From Octopus sinensis (lineage: Eukaryota), in contig NC_043000.1 in assembly GCF_006345805.1 (NCBI RefSeq), positions 10,106,001 through 10,170,000 on the forward strand: 64,000 nucleotides of DNA, given 5' to 3'. Positions 24,462 through 37,899 of the stretch are shown here, in pieces. The notes beneath the pieces were generated by a model. That model saw nothing but the letters and a program-made list of their open reading frames with translations. It was not told the DNA's origin and searched no databases. Each line of letters opens with the position of its first letter. Position 1 is the stretch's first letter. A program made the translations under genes and the position numbers.

Positions 24462-24757
24462 TTATAGTTTCTTTCACATAGTTTCCGTCTATCAAATTAA
24501 CTCACAAGGCATTGGTTAGCTTGCAGTTATAGAGGAAGATACACGGCCAAGGTGCTGCGCAGTGGGACTGAACCCGAACTCACGTGATTGCAAAGCAAGC
24601 TTCTTAACCACACAGCTGTGCCTACGTCTCTGTTTGATTACTTTATTGAAATATCATAGTTACTTGCCGAACTAAGATAAATATCCTGAGTGTTTGAACA
24701 CAAGGAGAATAGCCATCATTGCTTATGTGTCAGACGTAGATAGTTACGTACCCTCAT
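24407..24757 (-). repeat. 351-bp inverted duplication, copy 2
   Basis: See 19231-19581. Confidence 0.92.
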
Positions 24758-25604
24758 GTCATCTCTCTCTCTTTCTCTCTCCCTCTCTTCTCTTTCTCTC
24801 CCCTCCTCTCTCTTCCCCCTCTCTCTCTCTCTCTCTCTATCTTGCTTTATATTTAACTAAGAGTAATAGACTGAATGTTCCGTTCAATTAGCAAGTGACA
24901 GCTTGACCATGTTTGAAATATCCGTCAAATGTCCTTCCAATCAAACCCTAGCACCTTAAGAGAAAATAATAAGTGGCTGAAACGCCATAGTCTTGCTTGT
25001 TCGGTACCCAGCTGGGAGTGAAAAGCAAGATCAGCAGAAGCGACAGGCTGCCTGTGTTGTCGCTCGTCGTGCTAGATATAGCAGTAGCATCTTACTCAAA
25101 TTACATTACATAGTACACACACACACTCCCTCACTCACACTCACTCCCCCACTCACACACACTCCCCTACTCACACACATGCCCCTCTCCCACTCACGCA
25201 CAATATATATTATGATAAAGACACAGACAAGACAACTTACATTTTCTAATTAACACATAAATGTACTTTATTAGTGACTTCTAAATTTGGCACATTGCCA
25301 TAATTTCGTACTACTCTTTGATTGCTGTATATCGGCTTCTCTCGGCAAGATTCAAATTAAAGGGGCGTAATAAAATATGTCTTCCGTTTCAGTCGCCCAA
25401 TATCTTAAAAATGTATATATTAGCACTGTTAGTAATTCTTCATGAAGTAAAAAAATTCATAGTTATGGGGTTGTGCAACATTATACTGTGACTGTTTACG
25501 AAGCTTTTTAATGTTGTAATAGAAGCCAACCAGGAAGAAATATATGAAACCAGTGGGGTTAGGTCCGATTTCATTCTGTTTCTCAATAATTTTTGTTTTT
25601 TTCA

Positions 25605-26065
25605 TATATTGAAAATAAGGCGGTGAGCTGCTAGAATCGTTAGCACGCCGAGCAGGATTAGCGGTATTTCGTCCGTTTTTCCGTTCTGTGTTCAAATTCC
25701 GCCGAGGTCGACCTTGCCTTTCATCCTTTCTGGGTCGACTAATTAAGTACCAGTGAAGCACCGAGGTCGATGTAATTGATTAGTCCCTTCCTCCAAAATT
25801 TCGGGTCTTGCCCCTTTAGTAGAAAGGATTCTATATTGAAAAATAAGGCGGTGAGCTGCAGAATCGTTAGCACGCCGGCCAAAATGCTTGGTGGCATTTC
25901 GTCCGATTTTTTTCCGTCCGGTGTTCAAGTTCCGCCAATGTCTCTTTTGCCTTTCATCCTTTCGGGGTCGATGAAATAAGTAGCTGTTGGCCAATGAGGT
26001 CAATGTAATCGATTAGCTATCTCCGCACAAAATTTTAGGTCTTGTGCCTATAGTAGAAAAGGTTT
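25605..26065 (+). mobile_element. Two tandem short-tail family M SINEs, each preceded by tatattgaaaata
   Basis: The same flank-plus-head sequence repeats at about 25605 and about 25833. Confidence 0.8.
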
Positions 26066-26089
26066 TTTATATATATATATATATATATA

Positions 26090-26300
26090 GGGAGAATATA
26101 TATATATATAGGGAGAATTCACGACAAAACCCCCACAAAGGACGAAGACAGGTGGTGTAGAAAACAAACAGACGTATTAGTATAACGCTCGGGAATTGAA
26201 AAAGTCTTTAACGTTTCGAGCCTACGCTCTTCCACAGAAAGGAACACAGAAAGAAACGAGGAGAGAAAAAATGTGTGTAGTGGCTACCGATCTATCAAAT
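26090..26300 (-). mobile_element. Penelope-like terminal repeat, family B (motif at 26206-26241)
   Basis: Reverse complement of 2765-2955; adjacent to (TA)n. Confidence 0.6.
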
Positions 26301-26659
26301 ATATATACCGTTACTATTATGCCAAAGTGTCGTGAGCCCAAAACGTTGCTTTTTCAGAAAACGGAAAAATAGTTTCACCATTCCATTTTTACATTAGCAA
26401 CAGTTTCAGCTTAACAATAATTCTTTGTTGGGAGCATAAAATCGTAACTCCATGCTTGTATGATATTTTCAGTCAGAAATATTTTTGTAAAACTGTCGTA
26501 TGTGGGACTTACTACACCTTTGAAAAATGCTAAGCCGTTGTACTACACTTGACAATTTTCATATCTTGGCATCTGAAGCAGCTGGAGATACGATAGTTTA
26601 ACCAAAAGAACTGGCTATTGCAAGCAAAATTAAATACTGAAAACACGCGTTTGGTCAAA

Positions 26660-27245
26660 TTCGGACAGATCTAACAGAATAGTTAACACGCCAGACAAAA
26701 TGTTTAGTGGTATTTAGTCTGCTGCTACGTTCTGAGTTCAAATTCCGCCGAGGTCGACTTTGCCTTTCATCCTTTCGGGGTCGATTAAATAAGCACCAGT
26801 TACGCACTGGGGTCGAAGTAATCAACTTAATCTGTTTGTCTGTCCTTGTTTATCCCCTCTGTGTTTAGCCCCTTGTGGGTAGTAAAGAAATAGGTATTTC
26901 GGCTGCCGCGACGTTTTGAGTTCAAATTCTGCCAAGGTCGACTTTGCCTGTCATCATTTCGGGGTCGATTAAATAAGTACGAGTTACGCACTGGGGTCGA
27001 TATAATCGACTTAATCCGTTTGTCTGTCCTTGTTTGTCCTCTCTGTGTTTAGCCCCTTGTGGGTAGTAAAGAAATTGGTATTTCGTCCGGCTGCATGTCC
27101 TGAGTTCAAATTCAGCCGAGGTTGACTTCTGTTTTCATCTTTTCAGGTCGATAAAATCAGTACTATCTGAGCACTGAAGTTGATGTAATTCACTAGTCCT
27201 CTTCACACAAAAATCTCAGGCCTTGTTCCTATAAGTAAAAAGGAT
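26660..27245 (+). mobile_element. Family M composite: diverged head, two young long-tail units, diverged short-tail body
   Basis: Junctions gaaata/ggtatttc at 26892/26893 and gaaatt/ggtatttc at 27076/27077. Confidence 0.88.
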
Positions 27246-27621
27246 TTCAATTTAACGCAACAAAATTGTAGGAGTTAACAGCAAATTTTTAGTTGTGTGT
27301 TTCCCGTATGAATTTGAACCACACAGACTCGCGCATACATGATGTGCTTGAAAGTAAACAAAATTACTTCTATTTTCAATGAAATTTAATCTCCAAGGCA
27401 ATAGCTGTGTAAGCTAAAAAATAGTATTTTTATCACATTTACATGAAGGAAGTGCAAACTTTCCGTTAGTAAAATGCGATGCCAAATCTAAACGTTATCA
27501 GAATCACTGTGGAAGGAAGTTGGAAGAATGCTACATGAATAAAAACAAAATAATTATTACTGTTTAAGCAAGGTTACCTTGTCACTGGTGGTAGCAAAAG
27601 TGACATTCAAATCACTTTGTC

Positions 27622-27664
<43 letters not shown>

Positions 27665-28209
27665 GGCAGGTAGGAGTTGTTTCTTATCTTTGTGAATTTT
27701 TATCGTGTCTCGTTTTTGTACATTTCCCAATATTTATGTCATCTTTAAAAGAAGCTTCATGAAGAGAGAAAGAGATAAGCAACTCCGAAACTATTAAAGG
27801 GGAGAGATACAGTGTGTGTGTGTGTATGTGTGTGTGTGTGTGTGTGTGTATGAAAGAGAGAGAGAGAACAAGCGTAAATATATAGAGGATGTTTGAAATT
27901 AATGGGTGATATGAAACCTGATAGATGCAGTCAGAGATATACAGATATAACACGCACGCGTACAGATACATATACCTTTCTAGTATAGGCAGCTATTTTA
28001 CCGGCTTCGAAAGAATGAAAGGCAAATTCGAACTTGATGGTATTTGAACTCAGAACGTTAAGCCAGAAGAAAAGCTGCTAAGCATTTTTGTCCAGCGCGG
28101 TAGCGATTCTGCCAGCTCGCCGTCTGAAACACACGCGTATTATTTAGTTACATGGACAGAATGTTGACAGAGAAGTAAATGGTGAGAGACAAATAACAGC
28201 AAATCAAAA

Positions 28210-28242
<33 letters not shown>

Positions 28243-28243
<1 letters not shown>

Positions 28244-28450
28244 ATGGCCTAGTGGTTAGGGCAGCGGACTCGCGGTCGCAGGATCGCGGTTTCGATTCTC
28301 AGACCGGGCGTTGTGTGTGTTTATTGAGCGAAAACACCTAAAAGCTCTACGAGGCTCCGGCAGGGGGTGGTGATCCCTGCTGTACTCTTTCACCACAATG
28401 GCGGTGCCCCAGCATGGCCACAGCTCAAGAGCTGAAACTGGAAAAAAAAC
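28243..28450 (+). mobile_element. Third tRNA-derived SINE with CR1-type 3' stem-loop
   Basis: tggcctagtggttagg A box, ggtttcgattc B box; 3' ggtgccccagcatggccacagctcaagagctgaaact. Confidence 0.7.
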
Positions 28451-28467
28451 AAAAAAAAAAAACAAAA

Positions 28468-28499
<32 letters not shown>

Positions 28500-28579
28500 A
28501 AACACACACGCAGACATATAAATACACACATATACATATGTGTTTGCGTCTATATGTCTTTGTATTTGTATGTATATAC

Positions 28580-28623
<44 letters not shown>

Positions 28624-28624
28624 G

Positions 28625-28655
<31 letters not shown>

Positions 28656-28916
28656 GTGTGTGTATGGGTGTGTGTGTATGTGTGTGTACATGTACTGAAA
28701 TGTGTTTAAACAATAAAATGCTGAGGAATGTATATCGTTTTAAGTGATTCATCATGGGCCACACAATGTTATGTGAGAATATTTATAACAACAACCCAGT
28801 TACAGTTTTGAGGCTCCCGTCCCCTATTTCAACAAACTCACCTATATACCAACCAACCACCATCGACAAATATTGCATTACCCTTTAGATAACACAATAA
28901 AAGCTAGAGGGCTCAC

Positions 28917-29328
28917 TTGGAAGTGTTTGTATTTTTAGAATGGCATAATACTCGCAGTGTTTTTACGTGTTCTTGATGTTTGCTTGGAGGTGATTTTGTG
29001 TTGTGAAAGCGTTTGTGATTGTTGAAGTTAGTCGCAGCAACTAACTGTCCTTTCCATGCAAAGACTGGGAGAGAAATTTTGCAAGGAGGAATGACTCCCT
29101 TCGGGCTCCGGTGAGAGTGCCTCCTTTTGGTATTTGAAGGGTGCTGTGATATTTTTTGTTTTGATTTTGAGGTGGACTCATCAGATATTCGCGTGCCTCT
29201 TCTTTGGCTCTCAGAGTCCTGGAACAATGTACCGGTTGAACTCTGCTCTACTTTAGTAAACCCTGCTGACATGTCCAGTAGATGAGGCAGAGCAACTATT
29301 GCTCCCTGACAGAGTCCATCGCCCGAGG
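28917..29328 (-). CDS. Candidate coding exon, Ser/Lys/Thr/His-rich, product unknown
   Basis: Long polypyrimidine tract and gtttcAG acceptor; about 137 open codons; in-frame stop just upstream of the acceptor and inside the aa/GTGAG donor; GC higher than flanks. Confidence 0.45.
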
Positions 29329-29552
29329 CTGAAACTTAGACCGAGTTTGAAGAAGAGGAGAGAGAAGGAAACCAAGGGAATTTAATCAGTGAGTTATACC
29401 GTTAGCATCTTTAAATGAGAACTTACCCGCCTTAATCCCCTCTTGTTTCCTTTACAAATTTTCCAGTGTGCCCAAATCCCACATTTTGTCTTTATAAGTT
29501 TTTCTCTGTATTGTTCAGATTTGGAGGAGAGTATCTTGTTTTTGTTTTGCAA

Positions 29553-29980
29553 ATGGTGAGCTGGCAGAATCGTTAGCACGCCGGGCGAAATGCGTAGCAG
29601 TATTTCGCCTGTCGTTACGTTCTTAGTTCAAATTCCGCCGAGGTCGACTTTGCCTTTCATCCTTTCGGGGTCGATAAATTAAGTACCAGTTACACACTGG
29701 GGTCGATATAATCGAATTAATCCGTTTGTCTGTCCTTGTTTTCCCCCTCTGTGTTTAGCCCCTTGTGGGTAGTAAAGAAATAGGCATTTCTTTTGAATCT
29801 TTATATTCTGAGTTCAAATCTCATTGAGGTCAACTCCGTTTTTCATCTCTCCAAGGTCAGTGAAATAAAGTACCAGTCAAATGGGTACTTGACATATGAA
29901 GTACACGTACAAGTAAGTAGGTCGATAGTATCGATTATTCTCCTTCCCTCAGTATTGTTGGATTTGTACCTAAATTAGAA
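29553..29980 (+). mobile_element. Young long-tail family M SINE joined to an old short-tail body
   Basis: Junction gaaata/ggcatttc at 29782/29783. Confidence 0.82.
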
Positions 29981-31797
29981 ACCATTTATTTAGTCTATAG
30001 AATGCATGAAAACAAGACAGCAATCTTTATAATTATCCATACTTCCTTTTCTCCAGTATGTAATATCTACGATAAACACCCCCCCGCCCCCCCCACACAC
30101 ATACATGTACAGAATTCTTCAATTCTTATATTCAACTTTAGATTATTATTGAGCTGCATCCAAATTACTACTAAATAGTTTTCTCTCGAAACTTCCTCCG
30201 TTCACATCGTACAAGAGTCATTGAGGTTGCTAAATACCCAGGCCGGGAAGATTTTCTTCTGCTTCAAAACCCATCATTACACATCGTTTAGTGAGCATAA
30301 TTTCTATTTCTTACATTGGTTCCCATAATATATCCTACATCAACCGTTGCAAACGACGAACATTATCTATAAGAAATTCGGCAGTTTTTATGATACTCAA
30401 TTACTCTGCAAATACCGTACATCATTAGTTTGTTTTCATAGTTTTATCGTTCTTTCCCGTTTCCTTATGCTTTCATATTACTATGTTCCTATTTCTAACT
30501 TCTGTTTATCAAGACTATATTTTTCTTTCGTTTACTGTACCATATCTGTCTGCTCAAGATTTTCGACAAATTCCTGTTTTATTTACTCTTTATGTGTCAT
30601 TCCCCACTTATTCTCTTCTCCTCTTCATATAACTCTCTATCACCATCACTTTTTTACACTTTGTTCCATATTCCCTCCATTACTACTTATCTTCAGACAC
30701 CCATTCCCATACCATTTCATTCTCTCCTAGCTACCATCTTGTTACTTATCACATACCCGCCAAGCATTTGCTTTCCTTATCTTCTTCATCCAACATAATA
30801 GTCCTCAACATTTTTTTTCAATCATCGCCCTCTGGAAACTTTTTGCCAATTCTGTTTTCAGATCACTCTCTCCGCACAAAACAGTGAAATACTAAAACGA
30901 CATTTTTAACTCACTATTTTATTTAATGAGGTACTTGAAACCGATGTTTGTTACTAAATATGCAATTTTCGGTTTAATGTCGTTGAGTGTAAGAGATATC
31001 TCACCCCTTTTGTACACATCCAATTTGTCTCAACTAAATAGCATAATAGAAAACAGACAATTATTTCTGCAATTTCGGTCGACGACTTTAAATATAGTGT
31101 TTTATAGACTTTTAATGATCAATTTTGATGGATAATTCGAAAATAATTTTACTCCTTGTCTGAATAAAAATAAACCCACTTTCAGTGAAATATTCTCCTA
31201 ATTTCACCTCCAAAGAAGTTCATCCCCATCACAAGGGAAATAAAATAGTCTTATTAAGAAACCCTGTTGTAATACACTATATCATATATGCTTCTTCTCT
31301 ATTTTATATTTCGCTAAAGCTACTGATCTTCAGTTATTTATTTAAGCCTCGTCTTGTTATCTAATCCTTCTGCAGGTCATTCGTATCCCTACTCTGCCCC
31401 TTTACTGTTTTCTTTTTACGTTCTCTATATATTTTTTACTTCTACATCTAAGCTCCTTATTACAAGCTAATGAAGAAACCTCTATATGGTCGCTCGACTG
31501 GTTAAAAATAGTAGACGAATCTTCTTCAAACCATCTTAAAACATGTCATTTTGGATAACATAGTCTGCTGTACACTATTTATGTGTCACGATGTTCATGG
31601 GTTGACTGTCTTTGATCCATATTTACTTGACCAGAGCCGACTCGAGGCCCAACAACGTCAAGGATATCAACAATTTCTTAACTACAACCAGTTCCACTTG
31701 ACCATTTTAGTTAACAATCAACAAGTCTTCATATTCTAGGTTCTGATTAGTTAATTTTCACATAAATTGACTTTTAAGTTTCATAAATATCCCACAA

Positions 31798-32170
31798 AGC
31801 GGCGAACTAGCAAAACCGGTAGCGCGCCGGACAAAATGCTGAGCGGTATTTCGACTGCCGTTACGTTCGGTGTTCAAATTACGCCGAGGTTAACTTTACC
31901 TTTCATCCTTTCGGGGTCGATAAATTAAGTACCAGTTAAGCACTGGGGTCGATATAATCGACTTAATCCGTTTGTCTGTCCTTGTTTGTCCTCTCTGTGT
32001 TTAGCCCCTTGTGGGTAGTAAAGAAATAGGTATTTCCTCTCACTCTTTTCATATTGAGGTAGACTTTTCCTTTTTATCTCTTCTGGTCGATAACATGTGT
32101 ACTTGTAGAGTACCAGGTTCGATGTAATTGACTGGTCCCCTCTTCCAAAATTCTAGGCCTTGTATTTATA
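31798..32170 (+). mobile_element. Family M composite: diverged head, one young unit, diverged short-tail body
   Basis: Junction gaaata/ggtatttcc at 32028/32029. Confidence 0.85.
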
Positions 32171-32925
32171 AGTAGAAAGAATTCTCACAAATAGTCCACC
32201 TATATTGGTTTCAAATTTTAGGACAAGGCCAACAATTTCTGGGGAGGTGGTAAGTCGACTACATCGTCCCGCAGTTCTCAACTGGTACTTATTTTATCGA
32301 CCCCGAAAGGATGAAAGGCAAAATCGATCCCGGTGGGATTTGAACTCAGAACGTAAAATCAGAAGAAATGCCGCTAAACATTTTGTTCGAAGCGGTATCA
32401 ATTCTGCCAGCTCACCGTCTTAAATTCTGCCTTTATTAAAACAAAAAATTATGACAATTTTGGTATGTCATACTTTCTCATCTGTTATGTTAGATGGGGG
32501 TACCTTATCAAATCTACCGAATTTCTGTTGTAACTGAGATGTCATTGACACTTGGCACACGATATGATGCCCTTAAACCAGCATAATTTTCATTGCAATG
32601 AACAATAGTATCACAATTATAAACATACATAAAAGAAATAGAAATATCAACTCTCATTATAACATTGCTCTCGTGCCTATGACTCTCTCCTCATTTGGCG
32701 TCACACATCAATAGCATTAATGACTTCAGAGATAGTCTTCCCGATAAAATAAAAAATTATTTAAGATAAAATATATAAACATAGGCAAGGCTTCGTGTTT
32801 AAGAAGCTTGCTTTGTAACCACGAGGTTTCGGGTTCAGTCCCACTGCGCAGTACTTTGGGCAGAAGTCTTCTTCTCTAGCCTCGGGCTGACGACTGCCTT
32901 GTGAGTGAATTTGGTTAATATATAT

Positions 32926-32982
<57 letters not shown>

Positions 32983-32984
<2 letters not shown>

Positions 32985-33331
32985 AATATTAGGGAATAAA
33001 TCCAAATTTACAGGGAAAAATCAGATTTAGGATTGAATCCAATTTTATAGTAAAATATATAATATTATTAGAGACAAAACCACTATTTTGCAAATCAAAC
33101 AAGGAAAGACTTAATCAATACATAAAAAAATTTAATATAAAGTAAATAAATCGCCACTACAATTGTTTCCTGTCTTCAAATGACATTCATCAGGTGGATT
33201 TCATATCTTCTATTCAATTTTAAAGTTATGATGAATGTCATTTGAAGACAGGAAACAATTGTAGTGGCGATTTATTTACTTTATATTAAAATTTTTTATG
33301 TATTGATTTGCAAAATAGTGGTTTTGTCTCT

Positions 33332-33340
<9 letters not shown>
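32983..33340 (-). mobile_element. Penelope-like terminal repeat, family A, with inverted truncated copy, in the (TA)n of a family C SINE
   Basis: Matches 14281-14585; inverted part at about 33229-33340. Confidence 0.75.
33154..33197 (-). ncRNA. Minimal type-I hammerhead ribozyme (predicted)
   Basis: CCAC-CUGAUGA-A-UGUC-auuugaa-GACA-G-GAAAC-aauu-GUA-GUGG; A/G mismatch at the base of stem II. Confidence 0.72.
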
Positions 33341-33371
<31 letters not shown>

Positions 33372-36300
33372 TAATGTTTGTATGCGACATTTACTGGTTT
33401 GGTTGCATATACATGCCATCTGCTAATTATGGGCAATGCGATTATTACGTAATTTCGAGCTTCTAGTAACAGCTATCGAGTTAAAAATACTATGCATTCT
33501 CGCCTTAGTATTCCGTATTTTTTATGTTCCATGTAAATGAGAATTTATTTGTCTATATATATAAATATCTATAGTCATGTACATATGTGTTTATTTCCTA
33601 AATATATTTAGTTTTTTGTATCTATACATACATACACACATACATACATACGTGTGTGTGTGTGAGTGCACCGTTTGTACATCTGATGAATTATCTTTTA
33701 TGCAAGTATTACATGTTAAATAAATTAGATCAGACTTTGACAAGCAGAGTCTGTTTTTGATTTTGCGAACGAACTTCTCAGACACTATTCATAAATTTAT
33801 AAGTAGATTAAGCAGATTATAGTACGAAAAGTATTTAGGCTTGACCCCGTGACGTTGATCAGTGTCATGTAATCCATTCTTTAGGATTCAAGGGAAAATT
33901 AAAATACGTGACTTCTCCGTGGAGATAATAAACGAAAGAAAATATGTACATATCAAAACAGAAGCATGTTTTTGTAACTCTATCACCGCCATTGTATCCT
34001 TCATTTTTAACACGTTTCTTGTTTGTGACATTTTACTACTCACATTTTCGGTACCAGATTACCAAAAAAAAAAAAAAAATATATATATATATAATAATAA
34101 ATAAATAAAATGTACATAAGCATAAAATAAAAAAAAAATGAAACGATATAAGACTGCTCTTATCATATCTCGTATTACTGATTGCCGAGATCCTGACATT
34201 ACTGAAAATGTAATTCAAATAGCAAATAGCTTGGAAGATTACATTTAATATGGTATACCAAAAGAGAAATCTCTCAAATCTAAGAATTCTATTTCTACTC
34301 TTCATATAAAAGCAAAAATAAATATAGCCATCCATCTTCGCCCAATATTCCTGGGAGGGTCGTGAGGAGTCCTCAAGCACCTCCTTCACAAGGTCCTATC
34401 AGAAGCATCTGCCATCAGACTTTCCTGTTTGATTCCCAAACATGATTAACTGAGGCTATGGATATTATTCACTCCTCTCGTTTTGGTCTACACCTAGGTC
34501 TATTACCTGATGGCCCGGCTGGAATAATCCGTCTGGCGATTCTTTGCTCCGATATTCTAATCGAATGGGGTTTCTCTGAAGGATCTCTTAAGTAACGTTA
34601 CTCGACACGGTGCGTAGCTCGGGGATCAGGGTGTCTTTCCAGGCTGAGCCCTACTTCTCCGTATTGAAAGGTCACAGTTTCACTACTTTAGACATGTGAT
34701 CAGAATGTCACAAGAAAGAATTCCACAATGGATTTTTTTTCGCCGAGCTAACTAGCAGGAGACTTAGGAGTAGAAAAACGTTGGCAGAATCGTTAGAGCT
34801 TCGGAAAAATTGCTTTGCAGTATTCTTTCCGGCTCTTTAATTAATGATTTCAAATCCTACTGAAGCCGACTTTGTCTTTCATATCTTCGGCCGCGATATA
34901 TATAATAAAGCAGCATTTTACCTTTCATCTTTACCTCATTCCGGGTATTTATAAAATGCAGTACTACTTTGCCTTTCATCCACCTCGGGATGCATACAGT
35001 AAAGTACCAGTCAAGTACTTGGGTGGATGGTATCGGCTTGTCCCTCTAAAGTGCTGACCTTGTGCAAAAACTAGGAACAATTTTATTAAATAACATTTTT
35101 AACTCAGCTGAACGTATCCAGATGGTTGGCATTTGAAATGCAAAAGTACAATAAACATTGAACGAATGGATGGTCGGCCATATTTGCAATGTAGTTTTGT
35201 TTTCTACTGGAACCAGAACTTTTCTGATAAACACTTTTATTTATGAAAGACTATACAACGTTCTTAATGTGTACCAGCAATATTTACTCAGTATACTGAT
35301 TTTACCAGTGTTTATGTTAAGAGAAACCGTATATATATTCTATTATATACAACTGAGTGATCTGCGCTGTAAACGCATTCTCACTGACATTTTCAGTCAA
35401 GTGTTACGTGTTATTGTCGAAAGTTGTGTTATTGGAAAACTTGAACATGTTGTTTGTTATTTTTGTTTTACCATATGGCCTTTAGTTTGTTATTTGTATA
35501 ACATTACACTAACAAATGCAGAGCAGCATTGAACAATGGGTGCATATTCACGTGTTTTGTTCTTCAGTGGAAACAAAACGAATAAGCATTAAATGTTTGT
35601 GGAGAATGTAGACAAATACAATACGAGAATATCACAGGTCATCACTGCTTCCTTTCATTATTCGAAGAAAATTTATGTTACAGTGAACAAAATGCATCTG
35701 AAGCTTTCTGTTTCCGTACCCAAGGCAACGTAATATTCTCTCAATTTAATTATTTGCTGTTCTACATAGAACACAGACAAAAGGAGGGGAAAAAGTAAAA
35801 AAAAAATAAGAAAACCGCTACCACGAATTATGAAATATATTGCATTTCATCTTCACAAAATGATTTGATTATGTGAGAAGGAAAATGCTTTTCTTTAAAA
35901 ATAAATCTTTCTATCTTCTATTTTCTTTTCTTATCTCTTCATTCTCTCCTATCTCATCTCGTCTCTATTTCTCAAATATCTGCTATGTTTCATTAAATGT
36001 GAAATGGCGGTGCCCCAGCATGGCCACAGCCTGTGAGCTGAAGCTAGATAAAAATAAATAAATAAATAATAAAATGTATTTCTAACAGAAATACGTCAAA
36101 TATTTAAAACTTCAGGGGCTTTTGCTGCAAAAAAAGTCTTATTAATCTTCATTGAATACGTACATTAACATCTAAACACAATGTAAACAAGCTAACAAGG
36201 AACTTCCACATGGTCCCTTGATGTGCTCAAAATAGCAGCCTACTAGGATTCTATTATCAATTGTACCCTTCATTTTAAAAGAAAGAAATTTGACTGTTAT

Positions 36301-36442
36301 TTCGGACCGGTTGACCGACCACGTAAAAGATGTGTCAAAGGTGATTTGAAAGCAATGATGTAGCTAGAATTTGCGCCGCCCGGGGCAGCTCTTGAGTTTG
36401 CCCCCACCACTTCACCTATCCCGAGCCTATTCAGGATCATAC

Positions 36443-36552
36443 AGCAGATCCAAAAGTGCCGCCCACATGAAAGCGTATCTCGAAGTGGACTTCTCCACTA
36501 ACTCCCAGCTCCGTTACTGTTTGCAAGGGGACAAGAACCTGGATAGGTGCAT
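36443..36552 (-). CDS. Possible coding exon (APIQVLVPLQTVTELGVSGEVHFEIRFHVGGTFGSA)
   Basis: ttatttttctcggtatAG acceptor, gct/GTATGA donor, open frame ending at a stop inside the donor; loose resemblance to a C2-domain terminal strand, unverified. Confidence 0.25.
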
Positions 36553-37899
36553 CTATACCGAGAAAAATAACGATCTTTAATTTTACAAATTCATTAAATT
36601 GCAAGTTATAATAAATTATAATAAATTATAACTTATAATAAATAAATTATAACATTTTGGTCTACTAAATCAGTCATTTGTTATTTCGTATGACTTATTT
36701 CTTATGAGTTACTTCCTCAGCGGATAGTTTCAAATTTTTATGTAGTCACATTAGGCCCATGGGCAACGATTTCTTCACATCTAGGGTAGAGTATTCTCCT
36801 TGTCTCATTATGATTGTAATGATGTTATAGTTATAAGGTCGGTGTAATGATATTGATGTAAATAGTTTAAAACCACCATTAAACAGTTATTGTTTAAGGC
36901 CATCATTTGATAAAGCAGAAATTATTTTCAGAAAAAGGGTCCTTAAATTGTTTGTTGCAGCAACAAATAAAGCAAAATTATCTTTAAACAGCAATAGGAA
37001 CTGAATTAATTAATTGAGCTACTAAAAATCATTTGGAAGGTGTCTTTCCCGCTCAGTTTTGATTAGAGATTTGATTGAATGTTTCTGATTCAAAAGTATT
37101 TCTCATCCATTAACATCATCTTCTCATTGACAACTTGAATGACACATTAAAGAGTTAATATATCAATCCTGCTAGTTTTGACAACAAGTCTATTGATAAA
37201 ATATTCTTTCGGGAGCTCTTCACGCTGGGAAACATCCCGACGTCAACATGTCATCGGTGACAGGAATCTATAATAGCATCATCAGCGCATATTACTTAAC
37301 CTGTGTAGACACTTTTAGCTGGGCGGCCGGTTTTTCGAAGCCAGTGTCGAATCCATTTGACGTGACGTCAGCGACGACATTATCTTTCTTTTCAACATTT
37401 CTCTCTCTCTCTCTCCTCTCTCCCCCCTCTCTCTCTTTCCACAACAAATATATAAATATATACGTACATACATGTATGTGTGTGCGTGCGCGCTTGTGTA
37501 TGTATGTGTATATTTGTTGCCGCAGAACAAAAAAAAAATGCATAGAAAATAATTCGGAGATATCTTTAATTCCTCTGTGAATACTTTTATTGTTTTAGAT
37601 TTCTGCTATTGTTCTATACTTTAAACATGCTGATATCTTCCAATTCACTGTTTACCATACGACTGGCGTCTCAGGATTATTTAGATTTTAACAATTTTAC
37701 ATTTTCTTTTTTGCAGCTTATAAATATATATATTTTATATGTGTATATACATACTTCGATGATGGCACCTACAAGGCTGGTCATGTTATATTTAAATGTT
37801 TGAATTTATCTGCGTGCAAATATATTTAGTTAATAACTTCCTTTGTTACTACTGTAAATTATTTAAGTTCTTCGCTCCCTACAGTACATAGGCAATTGA

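Noticed and set aside
28243-28320. tRNA gene
   Set aside because: A and B boxes are present, but there is no proper cloverleaf and the sequence continues into a SINE body and tail. The same applies to the other tRNA-like heads.
30310-30375. Minus-strand segment with good acceptor and donor sites
   Set aside because: Stops occur in all three frames; no evidence of coding.
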